Assembly (NCBI GenBank): GCA_965221125.1
Contig: CBDCRW010000007.1
Span: 64,001 to 128,000, forward strand
Reading direction: 5' to 3'
DNA: 64,000 nt
DNA from: Alphaproteobacteria bacterium
GTDB lineage: Bacteria; Pseudomonadota; Alphaproteobacteria; UBA828
The translations under genes were made by a program, and so were the position numbers. This document shows positions 1 through 10,364 of this stretch, piece by piece (positions within the stretch are counted from its first letter, which is position 1; each line of letters starts with the position of its first letter). The notes under the pieces are model-generated. The model was given only the letters and a program-made list of their open reading frames with translations, searched no databases and was not told where the DNA came from.

Positions 1-13
1 TCAGTCGCGGCAT
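1..13 (-). CDS. 5' start of a gene running off the window (MPRL...), possibly another tyrosine recombinase
   Basis: ATG at 13 preceded by GGAGG, just downstream of the integrase stop at 32; the neighbouring integrases start MPKR/MPRR. Only 4 codons are visible. Confidence 0.35.
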
Positions 14-31
14 GTTCCAGTCCTCCGTCCT

Positions 32-1258
32 TTACGCCGCCTCCGCCGACGACATGCAGCCGGCTACGTCCTGGGTGGCACCCTCCGTGCGCAGGATGTC
101 GTCCTCGATGCTGCCGCCCACGCGGGCCACGGCAACTTTCTCCGCCTCCTGCGACAGGTGCGCGTACCGCGCCGTGCTGCTCACGTCCGTGTGGCCGAGA
201 AGACGGCCGATCATCGGCAGCTGAAGACCCAGAGCCAGGGCGCGCGAGGCAAAGCTGTGACGCAGGTCATGAATGCGCACGTCCTCGACCTCTGCCTTCT
301 CCCGCACCCGGTGCCAGTGGCTGGTCAGCGTCGCCAGATGGCGGTTGGGCTTGCCCCCTGTGATCACCCAGGGGCTGCGCCTCACCCGCTTGATCCCCGC
401 CAGGACCTCCAGCACGGCAGGCGTCAGCGGCACCATCCGCGCACCGGTCTTCGCATCGCGCAGGCGAATCTCGCCGGCCTTGCGGTCGATGTCGCTCCAC
501 CTGAGCGTCTGTATCTCCCCGAGCCGGCACCCCGTCAGCATCAGAAGCCGCAGCGCCGCCGCAGCCCTCGCCGACACCGGGCCCTCGGCCTCAAGCTCGC
601 ATAGCGCCTCGCCCACCCTGCGGTACTCGTCCTCGGTGAGGAAGCGCTCGCGGCGACCCTCCTTGTAGCGCAGAACGAACCGGCACGGGTTGCCGCCGGG
701 GGACGCCAGACCCCACGCCTCCGCCAACGAGAACATCTTCGACAGCACCATCAGCGCCCGGTTCGCAGCGCGCGGCGTCTCCCGCAGGCCATAGTGCAGT
801 GCTTCGACCTCGGCACGCCCCACCTTGTCCAGGGACATCGCGCCCAGCGCCGGCAGGATGTGGTTCCTGAGCGAGCCCTTGTAGATGCCCTGCGTGTGGG
901 CGTTGCAGTGCACCGCGACATGGGCCTCGAGGTAGCGCTCGGCCAGTTGGGCGACGGTGAGCACAGGCTCGGACTCCGCCTTCGCCGGGTCCTCGCCCTT
1001 CTTGATGCGGGCGATGGCCGCAGCAGCCTTCTTGCGCGCCTGATCGGGGGTAAGATCGCCGTGGCGTCCGAGCGAGACGCGCCTGATGCCCACCGGCCCG
1101 CGGCACTGCGCGACATAGATCTTGGCGCCTGAGGGGTAGACCCTGACGCCGAAGCCGGGCAGCTCCTTGTCCCAGAAGGTGGCGTCCTTCTTCTCGACGG
1201 CGAGCGCGTCGACGGTGCGCTTCGAGATCGAGAGTTCGCTTCGTTTAGGCATCGTCAA
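32..1258 (-). CDS. Tyrosine recombinase/integrase with N-terminal arm-DNA-binding domain (int1)
   Basis: N-terminal WDKELPGFGVRV; catalytic motifs TGCR, HDLRH, LLGH, TARY. Confidence 0.95.
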   Translation of the reverse strand: MTMPKRSELSISKRTVDALAVEKKDATFWDKELPGFGVRVYPSGAKIYVAQCRGPVGIRRVSLGRHGDLTPDQARKKAAAAIARIKKGEDPAKAESEPVLTVAQLAERYLEAHVAVHCNAHTQGIYKGSLRNHILPALGAMSLDKVGRAEVEALHYGLRETPRAANRALMVLSKMFSLAEAWGLASPGGNPCRFVLRYKEGRRERFLTEDEYRRVGEALCELEAEGPVSARAAAALRLLMLTGCRLGEIQTLRWSDIDRKAGEIRLRDAKTGARMVPLTPAVLEVLAGIKRVRRSPWVITGGKPNRHLATLTSHWHRVREKAEVEDVRIHDLRHSFASRALALGLQLPMIGRLLGHTDVSSTARYAHLSQEAEKVAVARVGGSIEDDILRTEGATQDVAGCMSSAEAA

Positions 1259-1560
1259 GCTCCGCGTTCATCATACCTTCGTTCGCCGGGTGGCGCAGTC
1301 ACCGGGGGCCTGAGCAGCCGTGCGCCGCCTCGCCAAGAACAGCCCGTCCAGGTCCTGTCCTCACGGCCATCACCCCCCTGTCACCCGAGGACCGAATCCC
1401 GGCCTCCGGCGGCAAATTCGGGGTGGGCGAAATCGGCCGAATTTACCGTCATCACTTCGGTAATCCCCGACATCAAACCCCAGCGTATTGGATCGTACAT
1501 CTGACATATCGTAGAGGCATGTGCGCGGATCGTCAACCCACTGTGACAACAACAGTTATC

Positions 1561-1600
1561 GTACTCCTACGTAGCTCTGCGTAGGTCTGCGTAGGTCTGA
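1561..1600 (+). repeat. 10-bp tandem repeat (GTAGGTCTGC-like, 4 degenerate units) upstream of lipoprotein 1
   Basis: gtactcctac gtagctctgc gtaggtctgc gtaggtctga. Confidence 0.6.
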
Positions 1601-1639
1601 CGGCGAAAGTGGGGAAAACGCTACACCGTACTTTTACAA

Positions 1640-1750
1640 GAGGAGAGCCTCGAAGCCATGAAGAAGACGAAGCTGACTCGCAGCTTGCTGGCGGCGTTCT
1701 CGATCGTCGCCCTCACGGCCGTCATGTACGGCTGCACCCACAGCAGTGAC
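1640..1750 (+). repeat. Inverted repeat copy A (RBS plus signal peptide/lipobox of lipoprotein 1)
   Basis: Matches the reverse complement of 6611-6721 with 11 mismatches in 111 bp; 30-bp identical core at 1654-1683. Confidence 0.9.
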
Positions 1751-3172
1751 AATCCGCCGGCGACGGAGATGGAACAGACGCCGGCCGAGCAGATTGCCGC
1801 GCTTCAGGCGCAGATCAATACCCTGCGGGCGGAACTTGGGCTGGATCCGATCGACATCGACGACCTGACCGGCAGCGTGGCTACCCTCACGCAGCAGGTG
1901 GCCGATCTTCAGAAGCAGATCGACGACGCGCAGGACGCCGAGGACAAGGCTGCCGCTGCGGCTGCCGCCAAGGACGCTGTGGCGTTGTTCGACGGTATCA
2001 CCGAAACCACCAGTGACCTGAGTGTTGCAGTCAGCGCTGTTACCGACAAACACGGCGGTGGCATGGCTTCGCTCACGGCCACGGCCTTGGTTCCCGGTAT
2101 CGCTGGTGACGACACGGTGAAATCCGCTGAGCCCATGCTGGGCATGTGGCAGGGCACGATGCTCACCGATTCCGTTCCCGCCATTCCTAGCACCGCCACC
2201 AATGCGGGCACCAGCAGCACCGTGGTCGTCTACACGGACATCGCGGCACCGAAAGCGGTCCCCTTTGGCGACGTGCACACGCTCGACGCGAACGGGAACT
2301 TTGCAATTGTCGCTGCTGCCGACGCAAACCCTCACGTAGGGCTGATTTCTGCGTCCGCGTTCGAGCACACCGGCCGAATGACTCATGATCCCGATGAGGG
2401 CGACGCCAATGAGACTATCCGCGTCAGGGGCATGTTCAACGGGGCGGCGGGTGAATACCGTTGCGCTGAGGGCGGCACGACGGGCACGTGCGCGTCCATA
2501 GAGTCGTCAGCTGGTGTCAGGCTCGTGGGCACGTGGGTCTTCGATCCCGATTCCGGCGCCATGGCCATGATGGTCGACCCATCCTTCGCCTATTTCGGCT
2601 GGTGGCTGAACAAGGGCGGCACTGCAGGTGTCGAGGCTGGCGTGTTCCACGGCGTAACGGACGGTACCGGAGACGACGAGTTGCTCGGTACGGTCACTGA
2701 GGCCGACTTTACCGCGTTGGGTGGCACGGCCACTTATAGTGGTTCAGCGGCTGGCAAGTACGCTCTGAAGCCGAGCCTCTCCGCCGCCTCCGGTGGCCAC
2801 TGGACGGCCGATGCGACCCTGACCGCCGACTTCGGGAGCGAGACTGCTAACGGAATGATCTCCGGCATGGTCGAAAACTTCATGGCCGGCGGCGAGATGA
2901 TGGACTGGAGCGTCTCCCTTGGCGAGACGTCCTTTACTGACGCGACGGGTGCGTTCGACAGCACTGTTGACACTGCTGGCTCCGAGGTTGCCGATGACGA
3001 TGTGGTCTGGACCATCGGCGGGGTTGCCGGAGCGGAATCCGGGTCATGGTCGGGCGGTCTCCGCGCGGGAGGCGACAACAATGTGCCGACACTGGCCACG
3101 GGCGTGTTCTCCGCAACCCACGGCACAGTCGGCCACATCATGGGCGCGTTCGGCGCACACCTCGACGAGTAG
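1658..3172 (+). CDS. Surface lipoprotein 1, TbpB/HpuA-like C-terminal beta-barrel (putative Slam cargo)
   Basis: Lipoprotein signal MKKTKLTRSLL...MYGC, coiled-coil N-terminus, acidic and Gly-rich, TATYSGSAAGKY, C-terminal GAFGA. Confidence 0.8.
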   Translation: MKKTKLTRSLLAAFSIVALTAVMYGCTHSSDNPPATEMEQTPAEQIAALQAQINTLRAELGLDPIDIDDLTGSVATLTQQVADLQKQIDDAQDAEDKAAAAAAAKDAVALFDGITETTSDLSVAVSAVTDKHGGGMASLTATALVPGIAGDDTVKSAEPMLGMWQGTMLTDSVPAIPSTATNAGTSSTVVVYTDIAAPKAVPFGDVHTLDANGNFAIVAAADANPHVGLISASAFEHTGRMTHDPDEGDANETIRVRGMFNGAAGEYRCAEGGTTGTCASIESSAGVRLVGTWVFDPDSGAMAMMVDPSFAYFGWWLNKGGTAGVEAGVFHGVTDGTGDDELLGTVTEADFTALGGTATYSGSAAGKYALKPSLSAASGGHWTADATLTADFGSETANGMISGMVENFMAGGEMMDWSVSLGETSFTDATGAFDSTVDTAGSEVADDDVVWTIGGVAGAESGSWSGGLRAGGDNNVPTLATGVFSATHGTVGHIMGAFGAHLDE

Positions 3173-3193
3173 CCACACTTCGAACTTGTTGCT

Positions 3194-3223
3194 GGGCGGC
3201 GGCCTTCGGTCGCCGCCCTTTTT
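3194..3223 (+). terminator. Rho-independent terminator of lipoprotein 1
   Basis: gggcggcggcc-ttcg-gtcgccgccc hairpin followed by a T tract. Confidence 0.85.
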
Positions 3224-3313
3224 CTTGCTCTGTCCGCCGGGCCACAGTCCCCCCGTCCGTCCTCGTTTCCCTTTCCCGTCCCGCTCCACGCTTAAGGCCC
3301 GGCGAGCGCACCC

Positions 3314-3949
3314 CTACCGATGTCGCGGCTGCGGCAGGCCCGCCAGCGACTCCAACGACCGCACCAGCCGCACCAGCTCGAACTGCCGGCCGATGCCCTG
3401 CTTGGCAAAAATGTTCTTCATGTGCCAGCGGATCGTGTTCTCCGTGCGCCCGCTCGCCCGCGCGATGTCGCGCACGGTTTTGCCCTCGGCCAGCCACACC
3501 GCCACGCGGCTCTCCATCGGCGTGAGACCGAAGCTCGCCGCCACGAGCGCCGGATCGATCCGCGTCCGGCTTGTCGGGTCGATCACCAGCACGAGCGCGG
3601 CGACGCGGTGCGCGCGCATGTCCGTGCCCCCTTCGTCCACTGGGCTCACGTGCAGTACGAGCCCCGGCAGGTCGAGCGTGCGCCTCACCATCATCGAGCC
3701 GCCGGCGCCCTGGCCGCCGCAGCACGGCAGCGCACGCGCCAGCAGCGCCTGAAGCGCGACGTCGTCCGCCGGCGCGCGGGCGTGGAGGGAGCCGCCTCGG
3801 TCGGACAGGCCGTCGCCCCGTCGCAGCAGGTCGCTGGCGTGGTCGCTCGCCGCGACGACGCGGCCGCGCCGGTCCAGCTGGATCACGCCGGACCGGGTGC
3901 CGCCGAGCAGCACGGCCGGGATGCGCTCGAGCGCGTCCCGTCGGCTCAC
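3314..3949 (-). CDS. LuxR-family HTH regulator (PAS-like plus HTH) with internal deletion of the N-terminal sensor region
   Basis: C-terminal GLTPMESRVAVWLAEGKTVRDIA...TIRWHMKNIFAK; GTG start MSRRDALERI matches the paralog at 17380. Confidence 0.85.
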   Translation of the reverse strand: MSRRDALERIPAVLLGGTRSGVIQLDRRGRVVAASDHASDLLRRGDGLSDRGGSLHARAPADDVALQALLARALPCCGGQGAGGSMMVRRTLDLPGLVLHVSPVDEGGTDMRAHRVAALVLVIDPTSRTRIDPALVAASFGLTPMESRVAVWLAEGKTVRDIARASGRTENTIRWHMKNIFAKQGIGRQFELVRLVRSLESLAGLPQPRHR

Positions 3950-4321
3950 GACGGCGTTCCCGTTCCCGCTGGCTGCAAGAGCCCACCTCGTCGCTCCTGA
4001 GCGGAATGCCTCCCTCATTCCGCTCGCCGTGTTGCAGCGGACGCATCGCCGGCACCCGTCACTCCATGCAGACGTCCATGCCCGAATTGAAACGCTCCTC
4101 CTGGATGAAGCAGGCGGACGAGGGCCTGGGCAGGCCGGTGGGCGAATGCCGCCAACCCGTTGCGGACCGGCGGTTGACGCGCGATGCGCTTGCCCAAACC
4201 CGTTTCGGCAATCGTTAGGCCGAACGCGTACCCCACCGGGATTGGGGGCTTCACCGGGCGCGTGCCTCCCTAGACTTCATCCGCTGCGCGCGAGAGACGG
4301 CTCCGGCGCCCGCACCGGGGG

Positions 4322-4643
4322 ACCGTAACGGCGGTAGCCTGCCCGCTCTCCCTCCCGCGCCCCGCGCTCGCCCGGCCCGAGGGCGGCGAAGTGAGATGCG
4401 GCAGCGTGTATTTTTTGCGGGTTTTGCCGAGACAAGCCGAGATAAGCCGAGACAAGCCGAGACAAGGTGAGACGGCACATCACGGTCCAGGCGCGCCCGC
4501 CAGCGCTACCGGGGGCGTCGCCGGGCGCGCCTGCGGCGGCGTCCCGCATACCCGTCGTGACACGCGCGCTCGCACCTCTCATGGCGCCATCCTGCCGCGG
4601 AATCCGCGCACCGTTCACCGCACCATGGTCCGGGCGCCGGGAG
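4322..4643 (+). repeat. Dispersed ~330-bp non-coding element copy 1, with a GCCGAGACAA 10-bp tandem array at 4426-4475
   Basis: Shares a 29-bp identical start, the array and the end motif ccgttcaccgcaccatggtccggg with 20984-21328. Confidence 0.85.
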
Positions 4644-4853
4644 CAGGCGCCGCGCGGCAGCAAACGAGTTGTTAGCCGACTAGCGCCGGGCCGCCAGGCC
4701 CGGACGGCGCGCTAGCGCCGCGCGCCGAAGGCGCGGAGCCAAGCGAACGGAGTGAGCGCCCGGCGACTGAGGGAAACAAAAAAAACCAGCGCCCGCCGTC
4801 GAGGGAAACAAAAAAAGTCTCCCGCCTGCCCTCAGGGCCGGCGGGAACACGAC

Positions 4854-4887
4854 AAAAAAAGAGGGTGGCGCGGTGTGCGCCACCCTC
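4854..4887 (-). terminator. Rho-independent terminator of lipoprotein 2
   Basis: Minus strand gagggtggcgc-acacc-gcgccaccctc followed by T7; further A-tract repeats (gagggaaacaaaaaaa x2) at ~4769-4816. Confidence 0.8.
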
Positions 4888-4951
4888 GTAACGAAGCTTA
4901 CTCTTGCAACGTCAGGTTCCCATGGGCGGGAGCCGGACCTGCTGCCTTGCT

Positions 4952-6703
4952 CTAGTCGTCCTGTATCCGGGCACCGAAGGCGCCAAGCGCGTGCCCGTTG
5001 ACGAAGTGGGCATCGAAAGTACCGCTCACGGAGGTCGGCGCATCGGTCTCCGTGGTAGCCGCGTCCTCAATACCGTGGAGCTGACCGGCCCAGGTTCCTG
5101 CAGCGCCGTCGCCGCCGGCGCTCGTCCCCATCGTCACACCGGTTATGGCACCGGTGCCTTCGGTGATGTTCTGGAGGTCATCCATGTCGTCATCGGTGGT
5201 GTCGCTATCCGGACCTCTGTTCAGCATGACCACCCAGCTCGAATCGATCGGGTCGCCGTTCATGTCCATGAAGTTGGAGATCGTCCCGCTGATCGAGTTT
5301 GTATTTCTTGCAGCTACGTTCTCACCGCCGAAGCTCGCCGTCAGTTTGGCTTGGGCGGTGAACTGCCCGCCGCGCAACGGTATCTGCGTGCCGTCCGAAC
5401 CGAAGCTCTTGATCATGTAGAGACCCGTTGCCGGGCCGGCGTAGTCGGCCGTGCCGACAACACCGGTGGTGGGACGATTCGCGACGCTGCTTTCGGCAAA
5501 GGCGAGGACGGAGTACGTCAGTTCGCCGTCATCGTTGTTCTCTTCGTGCAGCCAGTAACCGAAGGTGAGGTAGTCGTCGTCGATTTCCACGCCGGCGACC
5601 ATGTAGGGGTCGGCACCCGTCGCCTGCGCGGTCGGCGTGAAGGTCCACGTGCCACCGAGGGATGATAGGTTGCCGTCCTTATCGGAGCCGACCGAGCACG
5701 TGCCCGTGCACGCATATGTGCCGGGAACGCCGTGGAACATGCCCATGATCGAGGGTTCGGCCTCGTTGACGTCAGTAGTAGCCGCGTTGTCGGTGTACTC
5801 GATCATTTGATGCGCTGCCGTCAACCCATGAGCGAAATCGATCAGAGAGCGGGCGCCGGCATTCACCGTACCGGCCAGCGTAAGCACTCCGCTGGCAGCG
5901 CTAGCTACACCGCGCCACGCGGCGTGGCCAGTGGGAACGCCAGCGTCTGCGTAGTACGTGCTGTATTCGACGGAATCGTTGGCAGCCCGGTCCGTGTAGG
6001 CGACGGCCGTGTCCATCGAGAACTCGTCCGTGTTCTCGGTGTCGGCGTCGTCTTCCTTCATCCGCGTGTAAGCAGAACCGGCCCACCCGTCGATTGAGGC
6101 AATCGCCATGTCCGACTCGGCGAACATGTCGTCCTCCGCCACCACGCCGGCAGTAGCGGGCAGCGTGGTCGTGAGCTTCCCGTGATTAACGTCGAAGTTG
6201 AAGGGCAATTGATCGCCAGTGGTGCCGCTGTCGGCATCCGCCCTGGTGCTGTCAGGGCCGATCGCCATGGCGATGCGCATGGCCTCCGCCGCGATCTCCT
6301 CGTCCGTGGGACCCGGAGGAGGAGGCGTGTAGTCGGCCGTGTGGATGGTGCCCGTCACCGTTACTGTATCGTCGTCATTGATGGTGACGCGGCAGGGCCC
6401 CATGGCGCAGGTCAGGTTCACACCCCCGACACTGACCGTCGCCCCCATTTCGTGGTCCACCCCCGCGAGACCTTCGGCATCTGCGAAAGCGGCCGCCAGG
6501 GCAGCGTCGACCGAATACGTGCCGGGCGTGACGGCCTGACCGCCGGTCACACCCGCCAGGGTCAGGTTGCCGTCGACGGTGGGCGTTTCCGTCGTCGGCG
6601 TCGTGGCGTCGTCGCTGCTGTGCAGGCAGCCGGACAGGACGACCGAGAGGGCGACGATCGAGCACGCCGCCAGCAAACTGCGAGTCAGCTTCGTCTTCTT
6701 CAT
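4952..6703 (-). CDS. Surface lipoprotein 2, TbpB/HpuA-like C-terminal beta-barrel (putative Slam cargo)
   Basis: Signal MKKTKLTRSLL...LSGC, GTADYAGPATGLY, C-terminal GAFGA; paralog of lipoprotein 1. Confidence 0.8.
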   Translation of the reverse strand: MKKTKLTRSLLAACSIVALSVVLSGCLHSSDDATTPTTETPTVDGNLTLAGVTGGQAVTPGTYSVDAALAAAFADAEGLAGVDHEMGATVSVGGVNLTCAMGPCRVTINDDDTVTVTGTIHTADYTPPPPGPTDEEIAAEAMRIAMAIGPDSTRADADSGTTGDQLPFNFDVNHGKLTTTLPATAGVVAEDDMFAESDMAIASIDGWAGSAYTRMKEDDADTENTDEFSMDTAVAYTDRAANDSVEYSTYYADAGVPTGHAAWRGVASAASGVLTLAGTVNAGARSLIDFAHGLTAAHQMIEYTDNAATTDVNEAEPSIMGMFHGVPGTYACTGTCSVGSDKDGNLSSLGGTWTFTPTAQATGADPYMVAGVEIDDDYLTFGYWLHEENNDDGELTYSVLAFAESSVANRPTTGVVGTADYAGPATGLYMIKSFGSDGTQIPLRGGQFTAQAKLTASFGGENVAARNTNSISGTISNFMDMNGDPIDSSWVVMLNRGPDSDTTDDDMDDLQNITEGTGAITGVTMGTSAGGDGAAGTWAGQLHGIEDAATTETDAPTSVSGTFDAHFVNGHALGAFGARIQDD

Positions 6704-6721
6704 GGCTCCGAGGCTCTCCTC
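6611..6721 (-). repeat. Inverted repeat copy B (RBS plus signal peptide of lipoprotein 2)
   Basis: Reverse complement aligns to 1640-1750. Confidence 0.9.
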
Positions 6722-7003
6722 ATTCTGAAGAGGCCTCGTGGGCGGCCTTGAGTCGCCGCGAGCACGGGACTTGTTCCGCAGATCGGCCTAGAATTGGCCG
6801 CGCAACACCACGGTAAACCTCTCCAACACCATCGAAATCAGAGGCGCCGGACATGCGCTGGGGTTCAGGGGCCCGAATGCCGGGTGCTTACGGGCGCGGA
6901 CGGGTGATTCCGCCCGCTTGCGCATTGAAGCCGAGTCGACTCGCCGTGTTGACGAGATTCGCGCGCAGGTTCGGCCCTGCCGCGCTCGTTGGACGAGACG
7001 ATC

Positions 7004-8257
7004 ATGCCACGCCGTAGCACGCTGACGCTGAGCAGCCAGGCGGTGGACAGCCTCCCGGCCGAAGGCAGGGACCGGATCTTCTGGGACCGCGAGCTGCCGG
7101 GGTTCGGGGTGCGCGTCTACCGCTCGGGCCAGAAGGTCTACGTCGTCCAGAGCCGGGCCCGGGGCGGACCAAGGCGCGTCACCCTCGGCAGCCACGGGGA
7201 ACTCACCACCGCGCAAGCCAGGCTCCGCGCCGGCCAGGTCATCGACCGTATCAAGGGGGGCAGAGAGCCCATACCGCCCCCGGCCCAGGACGGCGCCACC
7301 GTCGCCGACCTCGCGGCCCGCTACCTGAGCGCCCACGTGGCGCAGAACTGCAACGCCCACACCGCCGGCATCTATCGCGGATCGCTCGAGAACCACATCC
7401 TGCCTGCGCTGGGCATGATGCCGCTCGCCATGGTCGAGACGGCGCATGTGGCGGCGCTGCACTACCGGCTCCGTGAGACACCGCGCGCCGCCAACCGCGC
7501 GCTCTCCGTCCTCTCCAAGATGTTCTCCCTCGCTGCCGCCTGGGGCCTGGTGGCGGACGGCACCAACCCCTGCCGGGGCGTGCGCAAGTACAAGGAGAAG
7601 AAGCGCGAGCGCTTCCTCACCCGGGACGAGTACCGCAGGCTCGGTATGGCGCTGGCTGAGGCGGAAGCCGAGGCAGAGGCCGGCGCAGACGGCGCGGTCT
7701 CCCTCTACGCCATCGCGGCGTTGCGCCTGCTCATGCTCACCGGCTGCCGCCGCAACGAGATACTCACCCTCCGCTGGGACGATATCGACCGCACCGCAGG
7801 CGAGTTTCGCCTGCGCGACGGCAAGACCGGGGCCCGCATGGTCCCGCTCACACCCACCGCAGAGACGGTGCTGGCAGGCATCGTCCGTGTGCCGAACAAC
7901 CCCTGGGTCATCGTCGGCAAGCAACCCGGCACCCACCTCTCCACCATCACCGCAGACTGGTATCGGCTCCGCGCCCACGCCGGCCTCGACGACGTGCGCA
8001 TTCACGACCTCCGCCACTCCTACGCCAGCCGCGCGCTCGCGGCCGGCGAGAGCCTGAGCATGATCGGCAGGCTGCTGGGCCATGCCGACATTCAGAGCAC
8101 CGCCCGCTACGCGCATCTCGCGCGCGAGACCGAGCGCCTCTCCGCCGCCCGCGTCGGCGGCAGCATCGGCGCAGACATCGGTGCCGACATCGGTGCCGAA
8201 GGTCGTGCCGAGGGCACTGCCGACATCGGCGCGGGAAAGGACGGCCCGTCCTCATGA
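7004..8257 (+). CDS. Tyrosine recombinase/integrase (int2)
   Basis: WDRELPGFGVRV, TGCRRNE, HDLRH, LLGH, TARY; close paralog of int1. Confidence 0.95.
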   Translation: MPRRSTLTLSSQAVDSLPAEGRDRIFWDRELPGFGVRVYRSGQKVYVVQSRARGGPRRVTLGSHGELTTAQARLRAGQVIDRIKGGREPIPPPAQDGATVADLAARYLSAHVAQNCNAHTAGIYRGSLENHILPALGMMPLAMVETAHVAALHYRLRETPRAANRALSVLSKMFSLAAAWGLVADGTNPCRGVRKYKEKKRERFLTRDEYRRLGMALAEAEAEAEAGADGAVSLYAIAALRLLMLTGCRRNEILTLRWDDIDRTAGEFRLRDGKTGARMVPLTPTAETVLAGIVRVPNNPWVIVGKQPGTHLSTITADWYRLRAHAGLDDVRIHDLRHSYASRALAAGESLSMIGRLLGHADIQSTARYAHLARETERLSAARVGGSIGADIGADIGAEGRAEGTADIGAGKDGPSS

Positions 8258-9323
8258 ACATGGCAGTGCCTTCGGCACTTCCCGCGCAGGGCACGATCAC
8301 GGACCGCACCGTGGCGGCGCTGTCAGCGGGCAGGGACACCGTGATCTGGGACCGGGCGCTCGCCGGGTTCGGGGTCCGGGTCTACCCCTCGGGCGCCAAG
8401 GTCTACGTCGTGCAGGCGCGGGGGCCGGACGGGTCCAGGCGCATCACCGTGGGCCGTCACGGGGTGATTGGGGCGAGCGAGGCGCGCAGGCGCGCCACCC
8501 TCATCCTCGCCCGCATCAGGGCGGGCGAAGACGCTGCTGCGGAGGCTCGCCGGCCCGAGAGCGTCACCGTCGCAGCCCTCGCCGACCGCTACCTGCGGGA
8601 GCACGTGGCGGTGCGCTGCAAGCCCACGACCGCAGCCCAGTACCGGCTTGCCATCGAGCGCTACATCGTGCCCGCCCTCGGCACCCTCCCCGTCTCCTCC
8701 CTCGGCCGTTCCCAGGTCGCCGACCTGCAGCACGCGCTCCGCGACAGGCCGGCCATGGCCAACCTGGTGGTCGCGATGCTTTCGCGCATGATCGACCATG
8801 CGATGGCCTGGGGCGTGGCGGGGGAGATCAGCAACCCCTGCCGGTCCGTCCCAAGATATCGGACGCGCCAGCGCGAGCGCTTCCTCACCGACGCGGAGTT
8901 CCAGCGGCTCGGCCGCGTTGTTGTTTCGCACGTTATTTGACGCCGAATCTCCCAGATTATTTGACGTGATCGCTGCCCTGATTTCCCAGATTGCTCGGTC
9001 TTTTCCGGATCGAAGCGTAGGAGCTCATGGTCTCTGCGGGCGGTCCGGGGTCGCTGTCTGATTGAGGTTTGGACTGGTGCTTGAGGAGAGCTGACGAGGT
9101 GTCGCGCGGCCGTCGGCGCGTCAAGCGGCTGCGCCGCTCCTGCGCTTCGCTTCGGCCCTTCGGGTGACTCGCCACCGTCCACACGACGAAGTGCTGCCAT
9201 GGCCTGAAGCAAGCTTCCGGCCACGGACTGGCCGCTCACCTGACGTAGTATCCCGGTGGAGGCGCAGCGCCTTCCGGACCGTTGGGGAAGGGTGGTTCCC
9301 GACGGCGGTTCCGGCTCGAACCC

Positions 9324-10364
9324 CTAGGCGTTGGCGGAACCGGGCTCCGGGAACCGCGGGGCCTGCGGCCGACTGCTGCCGTTGGCGGCGGCGGCCGCCG
9401 CCCGCTTGTCCGCTGCGCCTGCGACGACGCTGTAGCCGCCCTCGGCGTTGCGCGCGACGCGACCCTCCTGGACGAGCTTTTGCAAGATTACGCCGACGGT
9501 CTTGTGCCGGGTCGCGGCGCGTTCCCGGATCTGGCGTTGCGAGAGCGGCGCCCCGGCGTCGGCGAGCGCCTTGAGAACGCGGCATTCGGGTGTTTCGGGC
9601 TGAGGCGCCCCGCCGCCGGCCGTGGGCGGCTGGCGCAGCCGGAAGGAGGGCTCCTCTCCGTCTTCCTTGAGCTCGATCTCGATGTCGTCGAGACCGCGTG
9701 CGGCGCGATGCTCGACGGTCATGAGGGTCTGCCGGTCCCGGCGGCGCAGGTAGAGGTTCGAGTCCCCCCAGGCGTGCAGCTCACTGCTGCCCCGCAGGGC
9801 CTGCCCCGGCCTCGTGGCCCCGCTCTTGCGGGCGTGGTGGACGAGGAGGACGGCGGTCTCGAAGCGGCGTTGCAGGTCGCGCAGGAAGCCGAGGATCGGG
9901 GCGACGTCCGCAACCGTGTTCTCGTCCACGCCGTGCAGGCGGACCAGGGGGTCGAGGACCACGAGGCGCGGTGCGATGCGCTCCACGGTCTGCTGCAGGC
10001 GGCGGCGGTCGTCGAGATGGTCGAGGCGCAGTGTGGGCACGTCGATGACGGCGATGTCGAGGGTCTCGAAGCGGGCGCCTGCGGCGCGGGCGATCCCCTG
10101 CAGGCGCTTGCGCACGAGGTGGCCGGCGTCTTCTGCGGCGAACAGCAGGACCGGGCCAGGCCGGGCCGGGGCGAAGTGCCGCAGGCATGGGACGCCGGCG
10201 GCGACTGCGACCGCGAGGTCCAGCGCCAGGATGGACTTGCCGCACTTCGGCTCGCCGCCGACGATGCCGACGGCCTGCTCGCCCCATAGCGTGTCCACCA
10301 GCCATTGCTGCTCGCGCGGCCGCTCCTCCAGCTCGATCGGGGCGCGGGTCGGGAAGCCGGTCAT
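9324..10364 (-). CDS. AAA/RecA-like ATPase (AAA_25/RepA-helicase-like) with C-terminal winged HTH
   Basis: Walker A GEPKCGKS, LVVLDPL, VLLVHHARK, LRGSS; ATGA overlap with the upstream ATPase. Confidence 0.8.
   Translation of the reverse strand: MTGFPTRAPIELEERPREQQWLVDTLWGEQAVGIVGGEPKCGKSILALDLAVAVAAGVPCLRHFAPARPGPVLLFAAEDAGHLVRKRLQGIARAAGARFETLDIAVIDVPTLRLDHLDDRRRLQQTVERIAPRLVVLDPLVRLHGVDENTVADVAPILGFLRDLQRRFETAVLLVHHARKSGATRPGQALRGSSELHAWGDSNLYLRRRDRQTLMTVEHRAARGLDDIEIELKEDGEEPSFRLRQPPTAGGGAPQPETPECRVLKALADAGAPLSQRQIRERAATRHKTVGVILQKLVQEGRVARNAEGGYSVVAGAADKRAAAAAANGSSRPQAPRFPEPGSANA

Noticed and set aside
1642-1652. ggagagcctcg in the lipoprotein RBS also matches a 15-bp unit at 29801 and resembles the icmB RBS region
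   Set aside because: An 11-12 bp match that includes the GGAG Shine-Dalgarno and lacks the full palindrome; chance cannot be excluded, so no link is claimed.
4426-4475. 10-bp and 15-bp arrays (also 21091-21150, 28497-28571, 29740-29830, 56767-56860) as CRISPR arrays
   Set aside because: Units are contiguous and too short, with no unique spacers and no cas genes in the window.
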